Shown: in pieces, positions 59,579 through 64,000 of the stretch
Position numbering within the stretch: the first letter of the stretch is position 1
Layout: each line of letters starts with the position of its first letter
DNA from: Pseudomonadota bacterium
Lineage (GTDB): Bacteria; Bdellovibrionota_B; Oligoflexia; Silvanigrellales; Silvanigrellaceae
Assembly (NCBI GenBank): GCA_039799905.1
Contig: JBDLRP010000021.1
Span: 224,001-288,000, forward strand
DNA length: 64,000 nt
Direction: 5' to 3'
Position numbers and translations under genes: made by a program
The notes under the pieces: model-generated
Seen by the model: the letters and a program-made list of their open reading frames with translations, nothing else
The model's database searches: none
Told to the model about the DNA's origin: nothing

Positions 59579-60637
59579 ATGAGAAGGGATGTTCCAAATC
59601 CGGCCACGTGCGCTTTCCTTCCATCCTTCAGAGCGTTGCTGCGTGTACTGTGCACAAAATGCAGAACCGATGTTGAGCGACTGCTGATACATCGAAACAT
59701 CAAATTTTCGGAATTTATTTCGGCGGGTCGCATCTGCGAAGGATTGCTTTTCGATGAACTTTTGATGCTCGCAAGAGAGCATTACAAACGAGAGGTCACC
59801 TATGGCCTTGAAGCAGCGTTTTTGTTTCAGCCTGCAGATTTTGATGAGAAGGGTTGGCTGATAACAACGGCAAGAAATTTGCAACATCTGTTTGATTGCA
59901 TCACAGAGATCTTTCCGACTCTGAAATTCTACAGTGAGCGTCGACAAGACAAATTCGTCTGCGGTTGGACGCCACAACAGATTCCGGAATTTTTTGTTCA
60001 CTTTATAGCGGCTGCTTCACTGATTGTTTTGCGGGGACAGGGAATTTCCGCTACCGAAATTACATCCGTTTTTCTTCCCGAATGGTCTGCACCAGATAAA
60101 GATTCAGACATGCAACATTGGCAAGAACACTTCCATAAAACGTTCCAGACCAAAGCATATTTTCAAGGCAGCGCAATTGAAATTCACCTGACTGCAAAGG
60201 CAGCCTCAGTCGATTTCAAAACTGCTGATGAAATTATGTTCAAATTCTTTCAAAGCCGCTGCAGAAATTCAAACAATAGAGATGCTCAACAACGTGAAAA
60301 TCAGGACCTGGATCTGCTTCTTGCTAAAATTAGAACAATTATTCTGACACATCTTGAAGACAGTCAATTTAGTTTCAGCGATGTCGCTGACGGTTTGGGT
60401 CTCTCGATCCGAAGCCTGGAAAGGCTCCTGGCGAGACACAATCACTCGCTCAGAAAAATCAAACAAGACCTGCAGTGTTCGACAGCAACCGAGCTCCTGC
60501 GAATCGGAATGCGGCCCAAACAGGTGGCAAGCAAGATCGGTTTTGCGGATCCAACCGCATTTTCGCGGGCTTTTTTAAAATGGACGGGTGAGGCGCCGTC
60601 CAGTTTCAGAGAGAGGATGTGCGATGCACCATGCTAA
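59579..60637 (+). CDS. AraC family transcriptional regulator
   Basis: VADGLGLSIRSLERLL and VASKIGFADPTAFSRAFLKWTGEAPSSFR; start uncertain. Confidence 0.9.
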   Translation: MRRDVPNPATCAFLPSFRALLRVLCTKCRTDVERLLIHRNIKFSEFISAGRICEGLLFDELLMLAREHYKREVTYGLEAAFLFQPADFDEKGWLITTARNLQHLFDCITEIFPTLKFYSERRQDKFVCGWTPQQIPEFFVHFIAAASLIVLRGQGISATEITSVFLPEWSAPDKDSDMQHWQEHFHKTFQTKAYFQGSAIEIHLTAKAASVDFKTADEIMFKFFQSRCRNSNNRDAQQRENQDLDLLLAKIRTIILTHLEDSQFSFSDVADGLGLSIRSLERLLARHNHSLRKIKQDLQCSTATELLRIGMRPKQVASKIGFADPTAFSRAFLKWTGEAPSSFRERMCDAPC

Positions 60638-61532
60638 GGGAATCCGCAGTGTTTATTCATACAATACATTTGGAAGCAGGCCGCTTTTCCGCTATCTTTT
60701 GATGAAACACCGTGAGGAGTTTACGAGAACGCTCGGGCTTCAAAAGCTGACTCCGGATGATGTACTATTTGGGCAACGAATTCTGACCAACGATGAACAA
60801 GCTGCGATTTTTGGTCTTGTTTGCCAATTGAGGTCAAAAGACCAACTCATTTCCTTTCATTCGGCCCTTCTCCACGATATTCACGATTCAGGGCTGCCCG
60901 GATTACTTGCCCGTTGTTGTGGAACTTTTCGCGAGCTGAACGCTTTACACGAAAAATATCTATTCAAACTGGACTCGGAAGGAGTGCTTGCAAAACTGGC
61001 CTTTACCGATGAAACCGTGAGTTACTTCTTTGAAAAACTCGCATTCGCTCCACTTGCGATTCAAGAGTATGCCATCGCAAGCACCTGGGTCGCTCTGACC
61101 TCACTTTCGCCTGAAGTACGTTCTCTTGTGCGAGCTTTTGAGTTTCCCGGTAGTCACGACGTGCACGGTTTCTCACGCGATCAGATTCTCGAACTGGAGA
61201 ATACCTTTGCGGCACAACTCAAGTTCTCGACGGGCCGACTTGCACTCACAATGGATATTAAAACCTTAGACCTTCATATTCCTACAGTTGATCCAGCGCT
61301 GAAAAGCATCCTCGAGCGAAAGCTGAGAATTCTTCTGGGCGAGACACTTGCGGAAGATGTCGAAGAGCTGCGTCATCAAGTTCTCACCGCCGTTCTTGAA
61401 CTGAGAACTTCAGCCCAGCCTGTCACCCTGGAAACAATAGCGGGCTATTTGGGTGTGCGACAGGAAACTCTCGCCTACACCCTCCGCAATCACGGAATTT
61501 CCATTCAAAAAATCAAACAGATCACCGAATGA
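60624..61532 (+). CDS. AraC-like protein with a ligand domain and only the first HTH
   Basis: N-domain pattern GLLARCCGTF; TLETIAGYLGVRQETLAYTL then stop; no second HTH. Confidence 0.7.
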   Translation: MHHAKGIRSVYSYNTFGSRPLFRYLLMKHREEFTRTLGLQKLTPDDVLFGQRILTNDEQAAIFGLVCQLRSKDQLISFHSALLHDIHDSGLPGLLARCCGTFRELNALHEKYLFKLDSEGVLAKLAFTDETVSYFFEKLAFAPLAIQEYAIASTWVALTSLSPEVRSLVRAFEFPGSHDVHGFSRDQILELENTFAAQLKFSTGRLALTMDIKTLDLHIPTVDPALKSILERKLRILLGETLAEDVEELRHQVLTAVLELRTSAQPVTLETIAGYLGVRQETLAYTLRNHGISIQKIKQITE

Positions 61533-61622
61533 AAGAGCACGACCGCTTTTGATGTTGTGGTATCCTAGAAAACCGCCATAGCTCTCAAGATGCGTAAATT
61601 GCTGAACTATCATTGATTTCAC

Positions 61623-61650
61623 TCAAAACATCCCATCGATGTTCCGAATA
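61623..61650 (+). promoter_or_regulatory. Possible sigma28 promoter
   Basis: (T)CAAA-N15-TCCGAATA about 28 nt before the start at 61679. Confidence 0.35.
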
Positions 61651-61678
61651 ACCCCGCAAATAGTTTGGGGGGTTTCAA

Positions 61679-62296
61679 TTGAATAGATTCTCGACTCGCC
61701 AACAATCCTACAAACTCATTCAAACTGCACTGGTTTCAGCGATGTCATTTCTGGCAGTCAGTTGCAAAGAAGGCCAGGTCTCGGAAGATCTTTCTTCGGG
61801 CCCTACAAAATCAATTCTTGGCAGTTGGAAGGACCAAGACCAACTGATGTTATTGGACAAGAGAGACGGCGAACCATTCGACATAGTCGCAGGATTCGAT
61901 CTCAACGTGAAAGGTGAGATTGAAGCTTCACAGATCAGGCACAAGACAAAGGTTGTTGGATGGATGTTGATGAGAGTGACGCGAACCTTTTCAACCGCCG
62001 ACCACAAAATTGATGCACGCTGCCAGACCAGCTCCGGCGCATCCAAACAAATCTCTGTCACTGCAAGGCTCCAACTCGACGAGAAAGTCAACGAATATTC
62101 CTTGCCGGAACAGGAACGCTCGGCCTATGCGGCACTGGAGGGGTTTGAATGCACAGCCCAGATAGCGGGCAAAGTGACCAGACGTTATTCAATTTCAAAC
62201 GACGGAAATGAATTAAGTATAATTCTAGGCAGCGAACCTGAAGACACCGTCAAATTAAAGCGCGCACCAAAGAGCGCTGGTCTTAACGAATATTAA
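61679..62296 (+). CDS. Hypothetical lipoprotein
   Basis: TTG start after a G-run, lipobox LAVSC, ILGSW as in lipocalin-like N-termini. Confidence 0.7.
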   Translation: MNRFSTRQQSYKLIQTALVSAMSFLAVSCKEGQVSEDLSSGPTKSILGSWKDQDQLMLLDKRDGEPFDIVAGFDLNVKGEIEASQIRHKTKVVGWMLMRVTRTFSTADHKIDARCQTSSGASKQISVTARLQLDEKVNEYSLPEQERSAYAALEGFECTAQIAGKVTRRYSISNDGNELSIILGSEPEDTVKLKRAPKSAGLNEY

Positions 62297-62397
62297 ACGA
62301 GTGCTTCAGCGCGGATCAGAGTTTAATTCCCTTGATTCCAAAGCCTCTGACCACCCTCCCAGCTCCGTTGTCCGCAGAAAACTTGGAGGTGCGCACG

Positions 62398-62976
62398 ATG
62401 ACTGAAATTCAGATTGACCAGACCCTGCGGCTATCCTCTGTGACTCAAGAGGATGCCCAGGAGCTTTTCGACCTTGTCGATACAAATCGCACGCGCCTGC
62501 GTGAATGGCTTCCATGGCTGGATAAGACGAAGGAGTTGAAAGATACCATTTCGTTCATTCAGCATGCTCAGGAGACTGCAAAAGCCGATGGTACTATGAC
62601 CATGACAATTCGCTTGCAGGGAAAGCTTGTGGGGCTCGTTTCGTTTCACAAAATCGACCGCGAAACCGCGTCGACGAGTTTGGGTTACTGGATCGCTCAG
62701 GATGCCGAGGGGCGCGGAGTGATGACGCGCTCTGTCGCAGCTCTCATAAGTTTTGGCTTCACTCAGCTCAGCCTGACCGAGATCAGCATTAAATGCGCGA
62801 GCGAAAATTTTCGCAGTGCTGCAATTCCCGTTCGCCTGGGCTTCAAGTTCAAAGAAATTATCCCAGCCGCCGAATGGCTCTATGACCACCATGTGGATCA
62901 CAAAGTCTACGTTATAAAAAAGTCCGATTGGCTTGCCAATATTGTCGCCAAGTCAACAGAGGGCGTACTTTTGTGA
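62398..62976 (+). CDS. GNAT N-acetyltransferase (RimJ/RimL/YdaF-like)
   Basis: LREWLPWLD, LGYWI, EGRGVMT, NFRSAAIPVRLGF; GGAGG RBS. Confidence 0.92.
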   Translation: MTEIQIDQTLRLSSVTQEDAQELFDLVDTNRTRLREWLPWLDKTKELKDTISFIQHAQETAKADGTMTMTIRLQGKLVGLVSFHKIDRETASTSLGYWIAQDAEGRGVMTRSVAALISFGFTQLSLTEISIKCASENFRSAAIPVRLGFKFKEIIPAAEWLYDHHVDHKVYVIKKSDWLANIVAKSTEGVLL

Positions 62977-63112
62977 CTCGGGGACGGGGAATGTCAGAAA
63001 GATGAACACAAGAAACGACTTCATTACCGAGAGGTTTTTGGCGGAAAGTTATTATTGATATCTGCATTTGCTATCCTCGCAGAGCGAAAAGCCAATGCGC
63101 GGAGGATAACTC

Positions 63113-63586
63113 ATGGCTGAATCAATGCTCACTGCGGAGCTTCTGAAGAATTTTCACCTTTTTTCATCACTCACAACGAGCGAAGCTGAACTATTGGTGC
63201 CACACTTCCGTGAAGTCGTTTACGAGGCCGGACAGATCATCATACAACAAGATGAAATCTCATCGCACCTCTTCTTGATCACTAGTGGCATTGCTGAGGT
63301 CAGGCTTCCACTCGTTGGCCCCCGCGGCACAACAAGTGTTGCAAAATTTGGCCCGAAAGAGTGCATCGGAGAGCTCGCGATGGCAAAAATTGCACGCAGG
63401 GCAGCCTCAGCTGTCGCCGAGGTGGCATGCCGGTGCTACGTGGCGGACGTTGCGAGACTCACTGATTCTTTTGAAAAAAACCCAAAAATTGGATTTGAGG
63501 TTTACCGAAAGCTTGCAACCATTATGACCGACCGATTGGTAGCAACCAACATGATGCTGAGGAATTCGGAAAGCAATAAGTTCTGA
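63113..63586 (+). CDS. Stand-alone cyclic-nucleotide-binding domain protein
   Basis: LFSSL, YEAGQIIIQQ, LFLITSG, IGELAM, RAASA; GGAGG RBS. Confidence 0.88.
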   Translation: MAESMLTAELLKNFHLFSSLTTSEAELLVPHFREVVYEAGQIIIQQDEISSHLFLITSGIAEVRLPLVGPRGTTSVAKFGPKECIGELAMAKIARRAASAVAEVACRCYVADVARLTDSFEKNPKIGFEVYRKLATIMTDRLVATNMMLRNSESNKF

Positions 63587-63669
63587 TTTTTTCCACACAG
63601 CAGAGGACAGCGCGTCAGTCGGGCGGTAGACACCGAGCTTTCGCTGGCAAATGAAGAAGGGAAAATGCC

Positions 63670-64000
63670 ATGTCACAGGTGATCGGCTTTTGTGGCGCCG
63701 TAGGACAAACTCCGCTGATTGAAATCCAGACATTGTCTCAGCTGACAGGCTGCCGCATTCTTGGCAAGGCAGAGTTCATGAACCCCGGTGGTTCGGTCAA
63801 AGATAGAGCGGCCCTCGGCATTGTGCTTGACGCAATCAAAAGTGGCCGGTTGAAGCCGGGCGGCACAATTGTTGAGGGCACGGCGGGAAACACGGGAATT
63901 GGTCTGACGCACGTCGGTAATGCATTGGGCTTTAAGACGGTGATTGTCATTCCCAACACGCAGTCGCCCGAGAAGATTGACTATCTGAAAGCGCTCGGTG
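63670..64000 (+). CDS. cysK: Cysteine synthase (3'-truncated by the window edge)
   Basis: Translated by hand: [17 protein letters not shown]...[17 protein letters not shown]...[11 protein letters not shown]. Confidence 0.93.
   Translation, partial: MSQVIGFCGAVGQTPLIEIQTLSQLTGCRILGKAEFMNPGGSVKDRAALGIVLDAIKSGRLKPGGTIVEGTAGNTGIGLTHVGNALGFKTVIVIPNTQSPEKIDYLKALG

Noticed and set aside
53713..64000. Prophage or active mobile element
   Set aside because: No integrase, transposase or structural genes, and no full att duplication

Overview
A 64 kb stretch of bacterial chromosome with roughly balanced GC and dense coding on both strands. Gene content and order suggest Bdellovibrionota/Oligoflexia (inference): a DUF3365 haem chemoreceptor, secreted trypsin- and papain-like proteases, many orphan lipoproteins, and a TPR-activator-flgBC-fliEF unit. 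Most of the window is housekeeping: serC, PBP1A, kdsD, dsbD, ccmF/H, hemF, plsC, terC, greB, clpSA, rlpA, phhA, comF, rlmH, rsfS, obgE, rpmA, rplU, mqnD, tRNA-Ser(GGA) and cysK. A more AT-rich accessory stretch follows the tRNA. I found no CRISPR array, rRNA, integrase or transposase. The most notable observations are: (1) an in-frame fusion of phosphoglycerate mutase (iPGM) to a full MazG, with an A10 slippery tract in the linker followed directly by an out-of-frame stop, as in dnaX; (2) a flagellar-operon enhancer-binding protein with no receiver domain and no GAFTGA loop, downstream of an array of FleQ-box-like GTC-N8-GAC sites; (3) a CcmF-CcmH fusion in an NrtR-hemF-ccm unit; (4) a transglutaminase-elicitor-like lipoprotein where fliG normally sits; (5) a phage-type dNMP-kinase-like gene and an intact/truncated AraC pair in the post-tRNA region. 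All product calls come from motif recognition by eye; no searches were run.
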